Source: Bacteroidota bacterium
Lineage (GTDB): Bacteria > Bacteroidota > Ignavibacteria > UBA10030 > UBA6906
NCBI GenBank assembly: GCA_019637975.1
Contig: JAHBUR010000004.1
Location: 32,209 to 96,208, forward strand
Direction of reading: 5' to 3'
Length of the DNA stretch: 64,000 nucleotides
Below, piece after piece: positions 47,228 through 58,267 of this stretch; within the stretch, counting starts at the first letter, position 1; each line of letters opens with the position of its first letter. The notes beneath the pieces were generated by a model, which did no database searches, had not been told where the DNA came from, and was given only the letters and a program-made list of their open reading frames with translations. A program made the translations under genes and the position numbers.

Positions 47228-47659
47228 TCACTTCCTGTCCTTTAGTCGTATCACAAGTTTCAGTCCCGACCAGGTTGCATCTATAGAGCAGACTTTTACA
47301 TCTACCAACCCATTCTTGAGTGCTATTTCCCGGACAATGTTCTCGTTTACATCGGTTTCAACTTTTGCTGCTTTCTTTGGCCATGAGATCCAAATCATGC
47401 CATTCTCCACAATCTCTTTTCTCAGTTGCCTCATGTCCTTGTCAAGCTGAGAAGCACTCGTTGTGAAGTAATGTATGAAGTCTTTCTTGGACTTCCCGTC
47501 AGTGAGTTCTTGTGTGCCCGCCGGCCAATCGCTGAAGAGTCTAAAATAGTAATCAGGTTGATTCACCAACTTTATCCTGTACTCTTGCTTGATGCCGAGC
47601 TTCTTTGCCAACGGAGTTCCTGAGTATCCTGATGCAATCATAGAATGAAATCCTGTCAT
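47228..47659 (-). CDS. DUF3052-family protein
   Basis: N-terminal GYSGTPLAKKLGIK signature, as I recall for DUF3052. Confidence 0.6.
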   Translation of the reverse strand: MTGFHSMIASGYSGTPLAKKLGIKQEYRIKLVNQPDYYFRLFSDWPAGTQELTDGKSKKDFIHYFTTSASQLDKDMRQLRKEIVENGMIWISWPKKAAKVETDVNENIVREIALKNGLVDVKVCSIDATWSGLKLVIRLKDRK

Positions 47660-47748
47660 TGTGAAACGTCAACCAGACTTCGTTGAGGCACTGGCCTAGT
47701 AGTCAGTGCCCGGGCTGAATTGTTCCAAGGTTCAATGTTGGGGTCGCA

Positions 47749-49420
47749 CTATTTTGTCTTCCTCGCATCAGCCGTTCGTCCACTTTGATTCAGGATTGCC
47801 TTCGTTACGTTACCAGAATCGTTTCTGACAAATTCAATCCGCGCATCATTAACTTTGAGAAAGAATGTTGTTTCTGTGTCGGCAAACATTTCAATTTTGT
47901 CCTGCCCTGTTCCTTGCAAGAAAAGTCTGTTTTCCTCTTTGGTGACCGCAAAAGTGAACACGGATGGAATTTCATATTCACCCACATAGGTTTCTAATAT
48001 CTTTCCATCCACTGTTATTCCGGTTTCGGGCGGCAGAGGTTTATTGGTTTTCTTCCACACCTCATTGCGGTCCAGTTTCTTAGTGAGCAATCGTTCAATT
48101 GTTCCTTTTGTATTTCTTAGAAATTCTATCGTTTGCATGGCATTGTCACCAAAGAAAAACAGATCTTTTTGATATGCTTTCAAGTTAGACTTCGGGCCTC
48201 TGCCTAATTGAGAATACAACTGATCATCAGACACGGTAATGATTCGTTGCTGAGCTTTGTCGTTTTCATAAAGACCTGTGTATTCTTGTAACTTTGAATT
48301 CTCCAATGCTATTTCCTTGTACTCGGAAGAATTTCCAGCGGCAAGGGCTGCCAGCCTGAAGGTAATATCCTTGGGATAATTGCAGTCACAATTGGAAAAG
48401 ACGGTTACAAAAACATCTTCTTCAGGCAAATAGAGTTCCATCGTTCCAAAACCAGCGATGAGACCGCCATGCCAAAGGGAAGGGCTATCATAGACGTAAC
48501 CTAAACGCCAGCCATAGCCATACTCCGTTTCTTTTCCATCTGCCAGTCTATAGCTTGTAAAGGCTTTGTCAAGGTTTTCTTTTTTTAGCAATCTATTTGT
48601 ATGCACGGCTTGGTGCCACTTAAACAAATCCTCTACAGTGGATTGTATCGCACCTGCCGAGTAAACGTGGGTAATGTTCCGAGGTTTGGAGTTTTCAAAA
48701 CCATTATCACCGTAAGTATAGGCATCAACTCTGTTCTTAATGATTCGTGTGTCATTCGCGTATGATGAATTCGTCATACCAAGCGGCTTGAAGAAGTTTT
48801 CTTCAAGGTATTCAGCATAGGGTTTGCCCGTAATTGTTTCGATGATATAGCCAAGTAAGAAATAGCCTGAATTACTGTATTCCCATTTTGTACCCGGGGC
48901 AAAACGCATAGGCAAGTTCTTGAAGAAGTCAATTACTTCGTTCGGTGTGCAGTCCAATGCCAGCTTTTTGTCGGGGTCTTTCATACCTGAAAAATTATGA
49001 ATACCCGATGTATGTGTCAGCAAATGCTCTATGGTGATTCTCTTTCCCTGTGTGGGATAATCGGGGATAAACTTGGTGATCTCGTCCTGCAAATTCAACT
49101 TGCCCTGTTCCATCAGCTGCAATATCGCCACCGCAGTGAATTGTTTACCAATTGAGGCAATCCAGAAAACATTATCCACCTGCATGGGTGCGTGTAGCTC
49201 CAGGTTGGCCATGCCGAAGGCTTTCTTGTATACGATCTGACCGTCTCGGGCAACCAGTACAGTCGCGCCCGGCTCGTGAGGCTTGAATTGTTCCGACAAT
49301 ATCTTGTCGAATGTATTGCTCAGCTGCCGGAGATCCTTCTGTTGCGCACTCGCCAGAGAGAAGGTGAGGACAAAGGCAAGAACAATTGCGACGGCGCGCA
49401 TGATCAGTGGATTTTGCATG
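47749..49420 (-). CDS. serine hydrolase of the beta-lactamase/PBP fold with an extra C-terminal domain
   Basis: Signal peptide (MQNPLIMRAVAIVLAFVLTFSLASA) and an SxxK motif (ASIGKQFTAVAI). Confidence 0.75.
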
Positions 49421-49525
49421 TGGTGTCCATACTTGATTTTCGTTCCGAGAAAAGAAGCTGAATTATAGTACCGGTTGATTCTCGATATTCTTCCCATCAC
49501 ACAGTTGCAGGCCCGGGCTCAAAGC

Positions 49526-49996
49526 TCAAAACGTCAACGCATCCGGCATGAAGACGAAGACGAGTATCGCAAACGACAACAAGAAGATGGCGATGTTTAC
49601 CGGGCGGTATTTGAAGGTGATGAGGAGTTCCCTTCGTTCCCTCACAAGCGTGAAGTGAGAGAATGCCAACAGGTTGATCACGATGGCGGCGCAAGGGAGC
49701 CCGAGAACAACGAGAGGAATCAAAAACGTAAGAATCGGATTCCCGTCAATAGCGCGAAAGATGCTTCCGATGCCATTAAGAAACGGCGAGGATATTGCCA
49801 GTTCCCGCTTCAGTATGGATGTGAGTACGACGATGATCGGCAGAACGAGGAGCCATAATCCCGCCTTGGACGATCGTTTGTAACGAAGCAGCGGGATTTT
49901 CAATTCCTGTTGGTGTTGTATATTCTCGGGGTGAGGCACATCCACGTTGCCGAGCATTGAATCAACGTCTTCGTTCTTCATATCATGATCCTTCAA
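49526..49996 (-). CDS. membrane protein, candidate anti-sigma partner of the ECF sigma factor
   Basis: Overlaps the stop of the sigma gene by 14 nt; 3-4 TM helices. Confidence 0.5.
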   Translation of the reverse strand: MKDHDMKNEDVDSMLGNVDVPHPENIQHQQELKIPLLRYKRSSKAGLWLLVLPIIVVLTSILKRELAISSPFLNGIGSIFRAIDGNPILTFLIPLVVLGLPCAAIVINLLAFSHFTLVRERRELLITFKYRPVNIAIFLLSFAILVFVFMPDALTF

Positions 49997-50564
49997 TGGT
50001 TTCTTTCAACTTGTCAATCCCGCGAGAGAGAAGTGACTTGACGGTTCCTTCTCTTTTGCCGAGGATGACTGCAATTTCCTTGATCGACTTATGTTCATGA
50101 AATCGTAACGATATGACTTCCTGGTATTTCGTATCGAGTTGCTTGACAAGGGCGTTGACTCTGGAAAACTCCTTGTGCTTTTCCATCTCCTCCTCAAGCA
50201 GGATTCTTTCGTTCTCCGCATTTGAATAATCCGTTATATCAATCCCGTACTCCTCGTGTATCCTGCCAATGGCACCCGGCTTATACGAGCGGCTGTTAAA
50301 GTACTTGTTGATTTCATTTGTTGCGATCCTGTAGAGCCAGTGCAGGACAGAGATATTGCGCCACGTGAACTTCCCGATGCCGACGTACGCCTTGAGAAAC
50401 GTCTCCGCTGCAATATCTTTGGCTGCGTCATAGTTCGTGGTTCTTCTGAACGCATACCCGAATATGTTTTTGTAGAATGCCTCATATATCTCACCAAATT
50501 TGTGAGGATCATTCTCGATCTCCTTAAGCAGTTTCTCTTCATTCAAGACAGGATGTTCTTCCAT
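49983..50564 (-). CDS. ECF (sigma-24/sigma-E type) RNA polymerase sigma factor
   Basis: Region 2 (DAAKDIAAETFLKAY) and region 4 (ISLRFHEHKSIKEIAVILGKREGTVKSLLSRGIDKL). Confidence 0.85.
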   Translation of the reverse strand: MEEHPVLNEEKLLKEIENDPHKFGEIYEAFYKNIFGYAFRRTTNYDAAKDIAAETFLKAYVGIGKFTWRNISVLHWLYRIATNEINKYFNSRSYKPGAIGRIHEEYGIDITDYSNAENERILLEEEMEKHKEFSRVNALVKQLDTKYQEVISLRFHEHKSIKEIAVILGKREGTVKSLLSRGIDKLKETIEGS

Positions 50565-50692
50565 ATGGTAGTATAATCACGAAAGGGGAAAAAGGTTGCA
50601 CCCTTTGGGAACGGGTGAGAACTGAATGAGAAAGTCAGGGCTGCAAGTGGAGAAATTGTAACCCATCACTTACGAAGGCATTTCAGGGGCTC

Positions 50693-50896
50693 TTATGCGC
50701 CACTAATAGGCTCCGGTCGGAAGGCATAGGGTCTGATCGTACACCGGCCATCCGTCATCATCTCCTTGAACAAGACGGCTGCATCGTGGTTTCGAAAGAT
50801 CGCAAAAGGCTTCTTCTCATCCTTCACAAAGACAGCCCAGTATTGCATTACCTTTGGTTCGCGGGGTGAGACCCCACCGTAGGGCATGAAGTACAT
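50693..50896 (-). CDS. small conserved hypothetical protein (~68 aa), paralog of 55189..55389
   Basis: MYFMPYGGVSPREPKVMQYWAVFVKDEKKPFAIFRNHDAAVLFKEMMTDGRCTIRPYAFRPE is about 60% identical to the second copy. The longer ORF start at 51022 would overlap the neighbouring gene. Confidence 0.5.
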   Translation of the reverse strand: MYFMPYGGVSPREPKVMQYWAVFVKDEKKPFAIFRNHDAAVLFKEMMTDGRCTIRPYAFRPEPISGA

Positions 50897-50993
50897 TCTG
50901 GTTTTCCCTGTTTGGTTTAGGTGAGTTCCGGACTGGTTAACCGAGTGTACGACATTGTTGTCGCTTACCGTAGGGACACACAGCCGTGCGTCC

Positions 50994-52124
50994 TTACGAA
51001 TGGCGGGTGATTGTCGGATCATTGTTCGCGGTGAAGACTGGTCGGCCTAATACTTCCATCCTCGGCCTGACGCCGAGTCCGGGTTGTGTTGAGGCGGCCA
51101 GACGTCCGTTATTTCGTTGCGGCGCACCTTCAGCAATACTCACGGTCACGTAACTGTTGAAATCTGTTGACGAAAAGAGAAACTCAGGTGGTGTGCTGTG
51201 TGCCAGTGCTGCGATCGCGGCCGTCACAATGTCGCCGCCCCACGTGTCTTCGATGGTCATGGCAATACCCAGTGATATGCACAGGTCACGAATCTGCCTC
51301 GCTTTGGTGAGCCCGCCCACTTTCGAGATCTTCAGGTTTACCACATCTGCTGCCTGGTCGTTGACGAGGCGCACTACCATTCGCAGGTCGTCAATGACTT
51401 CATCCAGCACAAACGGTCGATTCGTATGACGACGAACCGCCAGACATTCCTCATAGCTCATGCAGGGTTGCTCGATATACACATCCACATCACGCACGGC
51501 ATCTGCAACCCGGATCGCTTCGTGCTGCCTCCATCCGGTATTCGCATCGGCGATCAACACGTTGCCCGTTTCGAGTTGCTGCGCGCACGCGCGGATGCGT
51601 TCGATGTCCGTCACCGGGTCTCCGCCAACCTTGAGTTGAAACTTGGAATAACCCTCGGAACGGTACTTGGCGATACTCGCAGCCATCGCCGTCGGTGTAT
51701 CCTGCGAAATCGCACGATACAGCGCAAAGTCTTTTCCGTACGTTCCCCCTAAAAGCGTAGCAACCGATTGTCCACTCGCCTTGCCCAGAATATCCCAGCA
51801 AGCCATATCGAGAGCTGACTTGACGTAAGGGTGGCCGCGCATTGCCTCGTCCATGCTCCGATTGATGAGTCCAAGCTGTGTGGGATCCATCCCAATCAGG
51901 CGTGGCGCCAGTTCCGCAATGCCGGTGCGCGCGCCGCTGGCATAGGCCGGGAGGTACGCAGGACCAAGAGGACATATCTCGCCGTACCCGGTGATCCCGG
52001 CATCTGTCTTGACGGCGACGATGGTTGTATCAAAGACTGCAACCGTGTTCCCGCCAGACCAGTTATAGCTCCCTTCATGCAGGGGAAGTTCGACACGGAA
52101 GACAGAAATTTCAGTTATGCGCAT
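50994..52124 (-). CDS. enolase-superfamily enzyme (mandelate racemase/muconate lactonizing enzyme family)
   Basis: KxK (FQLKVGGD), metal-ligand D/E/D pattern (IADANTGW..., YIEQPC, LDEVIDD), and a capping domain. Confidence 0.75.
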   Translation of the reverse strand: MRITEISVFRVELPLHEGSYNWSGGNTVAVFDTTIVAVKTDAGITGYGEICPLGPAYLPAYASGARTGIAELAPRLIGMDPTQLGLINRSMDEAMRGHPYVKSALDMACWDILGKASGQSVATLLGGTYGKDFALYRAISQDTPTAMAASIAKYRSEGYSKFQLKVGGDPVTDIERIRACAQQLETGNVLIADANTGWRQHEAIRVADAVRDVDVYIEQPCMSYEECLAVRRHTNRPFVLDEVIDDLRMVVRLVNDQAADVVNLKISKVGGLTKARQIRDLCISLGIAMTIEDTWGGDIVTAAIAALAHSTPPEFLFSSTDFNSYVTVSIAEGAPQRNNGRLAASTQPGLGVRPRMEVLGRPVFTANNDPTITRHS

Positions 52125-52354
52125 TTCAATCTCCTGGAAAAACGAAAATCATTTAGGAAAAGACAACACCAAAAAGATACGAATTTCAGATCATAATAGA
52201 TTGAAGGAGAGGGGGCGACCGCCTCGACGAACGTGTTGTGCGTTGGTGTGAGTCTACGCCATGCTGTAAGCCTGTTCATTCCGCGTATTCTTGCCTCGGT
52301 TTGGATTTCAGCATGCAATCGAGTACATTTGGCGAAATCATTTGCCACTCAAAT

Positions 52355-53530
52355 ATGAAGTCCCCCATGAAAAACTTCTGTTTGTATCGATTCGCGGCCG
52401 CTCTTGTTAGTGCCGTGGTTCTTCTCGTTTCTTCCGGTCTTCAGCCTCTTATGGCCCAAAAACACAGCGAGGTAACCGGACTGGCGTTCCAGGGAAAGAC
52501 GGTTCGCAGTGCCCGGGTGACGGTTTTGCCGCCCGGGAATGCGGGCAACAAAACAGAAGCTGCGGTTGGTGATCGCTACGTGTCGGGCACGCGTCTGACC
52601 ATTCCTCCCAATACCATCATTCAATTGAAAAGCCCCGGAGGAACACAGGTGGTCAAGTCCACCATTCAGGGAAAGGCGATGCAATATACAATCGAGTTCA
52701 CCGCCAAAGGCGAAAACCACGTCACCAAAGGCCTCGGCGCCCAGATTGCCAATACCGTCCATAAAGCAGTCGGCTACAACTATAGAAACACGAACGAAAA
52801 AGGAACAACGGCTGCCAGCAAGGGAACCAGGTTTACCTTCACAGACTATTCAGACGGGAAATCCAAGAAAGCCGTTATCAGTACCGAAGAGGGAAGCATA
52901 CAGATCATCGACAAGGTTCCTATCCACATTCAGGGTGCAACGCTGAAACCCAAGCGGCATGGAGACGAGTTGTCCAAATCCAATTCCGTTGTACAGTCGG
53001 CCGGTCAAGGCGCCTTTACTTCGAGCAATGCCGCTGTTGAATATAGCAACTACCAGGAAGCGATCGCCGCGTTGCAACAGGAACTCTCCGATGACGCTGC
53101 GCCCGATGAACTGGCGGAGGATTATTTGGGGTTGGGAGAATTGTTCATGGAAATGGAGAGGCCTCTTGATGCAGTTCCGGCCTTTCGATACGCAATGCAA
53201 TATTTTGAGACTGAATACGGTTCCGACGATATGAGCACGCTCGAATCCGCTTTGTCGCTTGCCGAGGCTCTGCTGAGTACCGGCAACGCGAAAGATGAAC
53301 AGGAAGGGAGCGCTCTGTTGGAGAACTCGATTCAGCTTCTGCTTGAGGAACTGGAGATGCAGGAGGATGACCTCACCTTTGCCCGGCAAGAGGATGATGG
53401 CGAAACCGTGCATCTGCTCTGCGAAGATCTGGTGGAAGTCTATGCATTCCTGGGATGGGCATACGATGTGGCCGGAGATGAGGGCAAGAGTACTGTGTAT
53501 TACACGAAGTCTGAAAAAGATTGCCGCTGA
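52355..53530 (+). CDS. secreted protein with a C-terminal TPR-like region
   Basis: Signal peptide MKSPMKNFCLYRFAAALVSAVVLLVSSGLQPLMA. The C-terminus has helical repeats (YQEAIAALQQ..., LGLGELFMEM...). Confidence 0.55.
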   Translation: MKSPMKNFCLYRFAAALVSAVVLLVSSGLQPLMAQKHSEVTGLAFQGKTVRSARVTVLPPGNAGNKTEAAVGDRYVSGTRLTIPPNTIIQLKSPGGTQVVKSTIQGKAMQYTIEFTAKGENHVTKGLGAQIANTVHKAVGYNYRNTNEKGTTAASKGTRFTFTDYSDGKSKKAVISTEEGSIQIIDKVPIHIQGATLKPKRHGDELSKSNSVVQSAGQGAFTSSNAAVEYSNYQEAIAALQQELSDDAAPDELAEDYLGLGELFMEMERPLDAVPAFRYAMQYFETEYGSDDMSTLESALSLAEALLSTGNAKDEQEGSALLENSIQLLLEELEMQEDDLTFARQEDDGETVHLLCEDLVEVYAFLGWAYDVAGDEGKSTVYYTKSEKDCR

Positions 53531-55185
53531 TTGCCCCTATGCTTACGCTCAAACGCCTTGCAATTTACCTGATCGCGTACCTGCTGACCGTTGTGGTTGT
53601 AATCGGGCTGATTAACTGGAAATGGATGGATACGTGGCTGGTACACAAAGCCAATACGGCGGGTGAATCCGGCGAGATCGTCAACAACAAGCTTGTGTTG
53701 GTGAATTTGGAAAAGCCTGCGACCGGCAGTGAAGGAGAGGCGTTCCGGCTTTTCCGGCAACGCGTCGTGCAGTTCCTGAATACCGTTGCACGGGAAAGCC
53801 GCTCGAACAACAGTCCCGCCGGCGTGGTTCTGGATATCTGGTTCAGCAGAGACACTACGGAACTGGAGAACCTCAAGTCCGCTCTGGACAAACTGAAAGA
53901 CCTGAGGGTACCGGTGTACGCGTCGTACAATATTAGGGCAGGACACGAGGAAGCGGATCTCACACAAATCGATTTCGGTGAGATCGAGGAGAAACACGCT
54001 ATCGAAATCTACAACGCCTACCTTGCGGGTTCCGACGGACAGCAACCGGGAAGCGGACGGTATCATACCTATATCTATCCCCGCAATGAAGGGGATATGG
54101 CCACGTATGAGAATGATATCCACCTTCCATCGGCCATGTTTGATACTGTATGGATTGAATCACTCGCCCGAAGGGTTGCGACGGATCTTGGGGATTCAAG
54201 ACACCGGAGACATGAGCCTAAGCGGGAAGGTTCGATTATTCCATTTGGCTCAATGGAGGAGATGCAGAGAATCACATACACCTTTGTTCCGGACTCGCAG
54301 GAAACAGGTCGTCTGAAAGATTCGCAAGCAACAGATGGCCGTGTCAACCTGTCAAACAAGATCATTGTTGTCGGCGATGCTGAAAATGATATTGTGACGG
54401 TCGGTAGCCGTAAAGTGCCGGGACCGTACATTGTTACGTGGGCGCTAAGCGACAACCTGGAAGGAAGTACGCGTCTGAAACTGCCGGTGGAGAACCGCTA
54501 CGCAATAGTCGGGCAATTGCTGTTCTTCTCTTTTTTCAGCGTGCTGATTTTTGCCTTGCTGTTTAAATATGTCAAGGCTCTCCAAACAAAGCCGGCTGTT
54601 ATTGCGATCCTCGCTTTCACGGCAGGTGTCGCACTGTTGGCACTGTTCGGATTTATCCTGTTGGGCTCAGGCAACGTCATTCCCGTTGGACAAACCCTTG
54701 CAGCGATGCTGGCAGCCGTACTTCTCTCCTTGAGATTCACCTACAAGTTTTTCGTAACCGGAGTAGTAGAGGGATCGCAAAAATACGACGTCTTCATCAG
54801 CTATTCCCATTCACAAACAGAATGGGTGAAGAAGAATGTGTATGAACCGTTGGCTGCCTTCCGGAAACCGAATGGCGACAGGCTGAACATTTTCTTTGAC
54901 CAGAACAGCATCGGCGTCGGTGAAGCGTTCACTGCCAAGTATATGTGGGCCATTGTCGATACGAAGTGCTTCGTTCCTGTTATCTCGGAGGATTATTATG
55001 GCAAGAATCACTGCCGGAATGAACTGGACTGCGCCATGAAGCGCTGGGTCGAGAAGTTGCTGTCGATACAGGCCCTTGCCTTCTCCTTCAAGGCCGTGCC
55101 CGAGGCATACAATGGAATCAATTACATCGACATCAACCAGAACCCGGATTTCATCGGGGTCATCACACAGAACCTGCACAAATGA
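53521..55185 (+). CDS. membrane protein: extracytoplasmic CHASE2-like sensor domain, TM segments, and a C-terminal TIR domain
   Basis: N-terminal TM; periplasmic region with CHASE2-like blocks (VVLDIWFSRDT, IIVVGDAENDIV, PGPYIVTWALSDNLEGS); 3-4 TMs. TIR: YDVFISYSHSQ...NIFFDQNSIGVGEAF...CFVPVISEDYYGKNHCRNELDCA, with the bA DVFISYS and aD HCxxEL hallmarks. Confidence 0.6.
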   Translation: MPLIAPMLTLKRLAIYLIAYLLTVVVVIGLINWKWMDTWLVHKANTAGESGEIVNNKLVLVNLEKPATGSEGEAFRLFRQRVVQFLNTVARESRSNNSPAGVVLDIWFSRDTTELENLKSALDKLKDLRVPVYASYNIRAGHEEADLTQIDFGEIEEKHAIEIYNAYLAGSDGQQPGSGRYHTYIYPRNEGDMATYENDIHLPSAMFDTVWIESLARRVATDLGDSRHRRHEPKREGSIIPFGSMEEMQRITYTFVPDSQETGRLKDSQATDGRVNLSNKIIVVGDAENDIVTVGSRKVPGPYIVTWALSDNLEGSTRLKLPVENRYAIVGQLLFFSFFSVLIFALLFKYVKALQTKPAVIAILAFTAGVALLALFGFILLGSGNVIPVGQTLAAMLAAVLLSLRFTYKFFVTGVVEGSQKYDVFISYSHSQTEWVKKNVYEPLAAFRKPNGDRLNIFFDQNSIGVGEAFTAKYMWAIVDTKCFVPVISEDYYGKNHCRNELDCAMKRWVEKLLSIQALAFSFKAVPEAYNGINYIDINQNPDFIGVITQNLHK

Positions 55186-55188
55186 TCG

Positions 55189-55389
55189 TTACGAACGATC
55201 ACCTTCGGGCCTGAACGCGTAGGCTTTTATGCTGCATTCCCTTCCGATCATCATCTCCTTGAACAACACTGCAACATCATATTGTTCAAAGAGCGCGACC
55301 GGTTGCTTCCTTTCATCGAGAAACACGGCCCAGTATTGCAACACCTTCGATTGACGCGGAGAGTGCCCGCCGTATGGTGCGTGAAACAT
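55189..55389 (-). CDS. small conserved hypothetical protein (66 aa), paralog of 50693..50896
   Basis: MFHAPYGGHSPRQSKVLQYWAVFLDERKQPVALFEQYDVAVLFKEMMIGRECSIKAYAFRPE. Confidence 0.5.
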   Translation of the reverse strand: MFHAPYGGHSPRQSKVLQYWAVFLDERKQPVALFEQYDVAVLFKEMMIGRECSIKAYAFRPEGDRS

Positions 55390-55795
55390 ACCGGTACAAA
55401 CAACAGTGGACTGAATATGTTACTTCCGGCGGGCAAGAAGAACATACGACATATTTGTCGTGTTGTCAAGTTGTCCATAAACGGAAGAAGCTTGCTGGAT
55501 TGTTCGATGGACTTTTTACGACCCTCTGAACAAACAACCTCCAAAGATTGTTGAAGATGAAGTGGACTGGCTGTCCCCTCGCCCGATTGCCGGGCAGCAA
55601 CCGCCGCAATGCTACGAAAGATTGGGGTGAGTGTCAAGCGAGGAATCCCCACTCCCGATGCAGAAAAGCCGGATTTGTTCAGCATGGGAAATCGGTTGCA
55701 GATTTCAGTATCTACCCTCGGCATCTTCAGTTCAATTTCATTTGGTTGCCTTCATTTGTATATTCGAACAAGGATGTCCAGTATCCCAATGAGGT

Positions 55796-58267
55796 GTGGA
55801 GATGAGGTTTCCCTCCATCCGCGCAGTTCTCGCCCTTGCAGTCGATGCAGCACTTCTCGTTGCTTGCTTGATCCATATTCCCTATCTGTTGGACAGACCC
55901 CAACCGCCGTTCGCCCTGATGGACATCCATGATCGTGTTGTCGTAAAAAGAATTCTCGACGCATCAGCGTGTCCTGACGTGCGTGTCGGCGATACGCTGA
56001 TGACATGGGGAACATACAACCTCACAAACAGACACGAGGTCGAATTTCTTTCCGACTTTGCGTCGATTGGCGAACGTGTTCAGGTCACAGTTGGGCGGGG
56101 AGGACAGACAGAAGAGAAAGCTGTTCAATTGGTTGAAACCCACGACACAGCATACATGCTGATCGTTTTATTTGTCGGCATCGTTGCGTGGGGAACAGGG
56201 GTGTTTGTGGTGATTCGTCGGCCTGCAGACCGGGCCGCATATCTGCTTCACTGGTCGATGGTGATGATGGGCGTGAGCGTGATGATCACGTGGGGCGGGA
56301 CACCGCCGGGCGACGGCTGGGTGCACGCGAGCCGCGTACTGTTCTTCATCTCCTACGCCGGAACCGTGGCCACTTTTCTTCATTTCACGTTCGTGTTCCC
56401 ACACCCGGCAGAAAGCGGCACGGGTCGCACTCTTGCGCTTTATCTTCCCCCGGCACTCCTTGCAACAGCAATGTCGTATTTCCACGTACTCGCCGTACAC
56501 AGGAAGTCGCCGGAACTCTTCGCCACATATCATAGTGTCTTCGAGATCTTCGTGCTTGTCGCTTTCGTATATGTGTGCACAGGGATCGTCCGGTTTGTCC
56601 GGGCGTTTCTCGGGTCAACATCGCCGGAGGAACGGAAGAAGCTCACGTGGGTGTTGTGGGGACTTTCCCTCGGCCCGACGCCCTTCTTTCTCTTCACCCT
56701 CATTCCGCAGTATCATCTGGGAACAGGCTTTCTTCCGGAACAGTACACCTTGTTGTTTCTCGTTCTTATTCCCGTTGCATTCGGCATCTCCTTCTACAAA
56801 TATCAGCTGCTGGATGTTCAAGTAATTGTCAACAGGACGACGGTGTACGGCATTGTTCTGGGTCTCGTGATCGGAATCTACATGATGCTGGTGGCAACTC
56901 TCGCCTTCCTTGCAGAGCGATACACGACCGAGATGTCCGTCGCCGCCGCCATAGTCGTTGCCCTGCTCTTCGAGCCTGTGCGGCGTCGCGTCCACCATAT
57001 TGTCGACAAGCGGTTCTTTCGCGTTCGCTACAATTTCCGCGAAGCGTTGAGCCGCATTTCCCGCGATCTCAATCTATGTGTTGATGCGAAACAGCTTGCA
57101 GAGATTCTCATCGCCAGAATGGACGACCTCATCCCCGTTGAGCGTACAGGCATTTTTCTTCTCCGTCAACCTGAAAACCGTCTGTACGTCCTTTCGCACA
57201 AGGGCTTCGGTTTTCTCGAACGGCGAACCGTCCAATTCCGACCGGAGAACATCCGTACGCCCCTGTTACTGCCGATTGCGCTCAACGGATGCGTGGAGGA
57301 TGGCGTGGCGTACGAAACCGCCGATCAGGATGTGTTTGCACGGTGGGGAATATCCCTCGTGATTCCGATGCGTTCGGCAACAGGTGCCTTCACGGGCTTC
57401 ATGGTGCATGGCTCAAGAAAGTCCGGCGAGAAATTCAGCCGCGAGGATATCGACCTGCTCGTGAACCTCGCCGCAAGGGCGGGATCGGAGTTCGAACGCA
57501 TTGCTCTTCAACGCAAACTCATCGAAGAGCAGGAGGAGAAGCAACGGCTGGAAGACGTGAACCGGATGAAGTCGGAATTTGTATCAAACGTTTCGCATGA
57601 GCTCCGCACGCCGTTGACATCCATCAAGCTGTACGCCGAAATGCTCGGCGCGGGACGACACTCCACCCTCCGGCTTCAGCAATATGCGGCAACAATCGTC
57701 GGCGAGGCAGACAGGCTCGACCGTATGGTAACGAATGTGCTCGATACATCGAGAATCGAGAGAGGAGAAAAACACTATACCTTTGCGAAGACGGATTTGA
57801 GAGAAATTGTCGGGGAGGTTCTTCAAACGATGAAGTTCCAATTGCACAAACACGGCTTCACCGTTCTCTACAACAAGCCGGCCAGGCGTATGCTTATCAG
57901 CGCCGATCGCGATGCGGCGGTGCAAGCCCTGATGAATCTTGTCGAAAACGCCATCAAGTATTCCGGCCCGAGAAAATGGCTTCGCATCTCGTTGACGCGT
58001 GAACGCGGGTACGCTGTATGCTCTGTTCGTGACAAAGGCATCGGAGTTCCACCGGAACACATTCCAAAACTGTTCGAGCGGTTCTACCGCGATCCTTCTT
58101 CACGCGACTCGGTACCGGGTATAGGACTGGGGTTGGGATTGGTCCGGAGCATCATGGATGCACACAGGGGAAAAATCGAGGTTACCGGGTCGCCGGGTGG
58201 AGGAAGCACATTTGCACTCCGGTTTCCTGCCATCGTAACGCGAACTCACAAAAGGTCGGCCAAATGA
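55796..58267 (+). CDS. hybrid-architecture sensor histidine kinase (N-terminal domain, multi-TM, GAF-like, HisKA, HATPase_c)
   Basis: HisKA H-box SHELRTPLTSI. N, G1 and G2 boxes (LVENAIKYSG, DKGIGVPP, GLGLGL). About 8 TM helices. Confidence 0.85.
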   Translation: MEMRFPSIRAVLALAVDAALLVACLIHIPYLLDRPQPPFALMDIHDRVVVKRILDASACPDVRVGDTLMTWGTYNLTNRHEVEFLSDFASIGERVQVTVGRGGQTEEKAVQLVETHDTAYMLIVLFVGIVAWGTGVFVVIRRPADRAAYLLHWSMVMMGVSVMITWGGTPPGDGWVHASRVLFFISYAGTVATFLHFTFVFPHPAESGTGRTLALYLPPALLATAMSYFHVLAVHRKSPELFATYHSVFEIFVLVAFVYVCTGIVRFVRAFLGSTSPEERKKLTWVLWGLSLGPTPFFLFTLIPQYHLGTGFLPEQYTLLFLVLIPVAFGISFYKYQLLDVQVIVNRTTVYGIVLGLVIGIYMMLVATLAFLAERYTTEMSVAAAIVVALLFEPVRRRVHHIVDKRFFRVRYNFREALSRISRDLNLCVDAKQLAEILIARMDDLIPVERTGIFLLRQPENRLYVLSHKGFGFLERRTVQFRPENIRTPLLLPIALNGCVEDGVAYETADQDVFARWGISLVIPMRSATGAFTGFMVHGSRKSGEKFSREDIDLLVNLAARAGSEFERIALQRKLIEEQEEKQRLEDVNRMKSEFVSNVSHELRTPLTSIKLYAEMLGAGRHSTLRLQQYAATIVGEADRLDRMVTNVLDTSRIERGEKHYTFAKTDLREIVGEVLQTMKFQLHKHGFTVLYNKPARRMLISADRDAAVQALMNLVENAIKYSGPRKWLRISLTRERGYAVCSVRDKGIGVPPEHIPKLFERFYRDPSSRDSVPGIGLGLGLVRSIMDAHRGKIEVTGSPGGGSTFALRFPAIVTRTHKRSAK

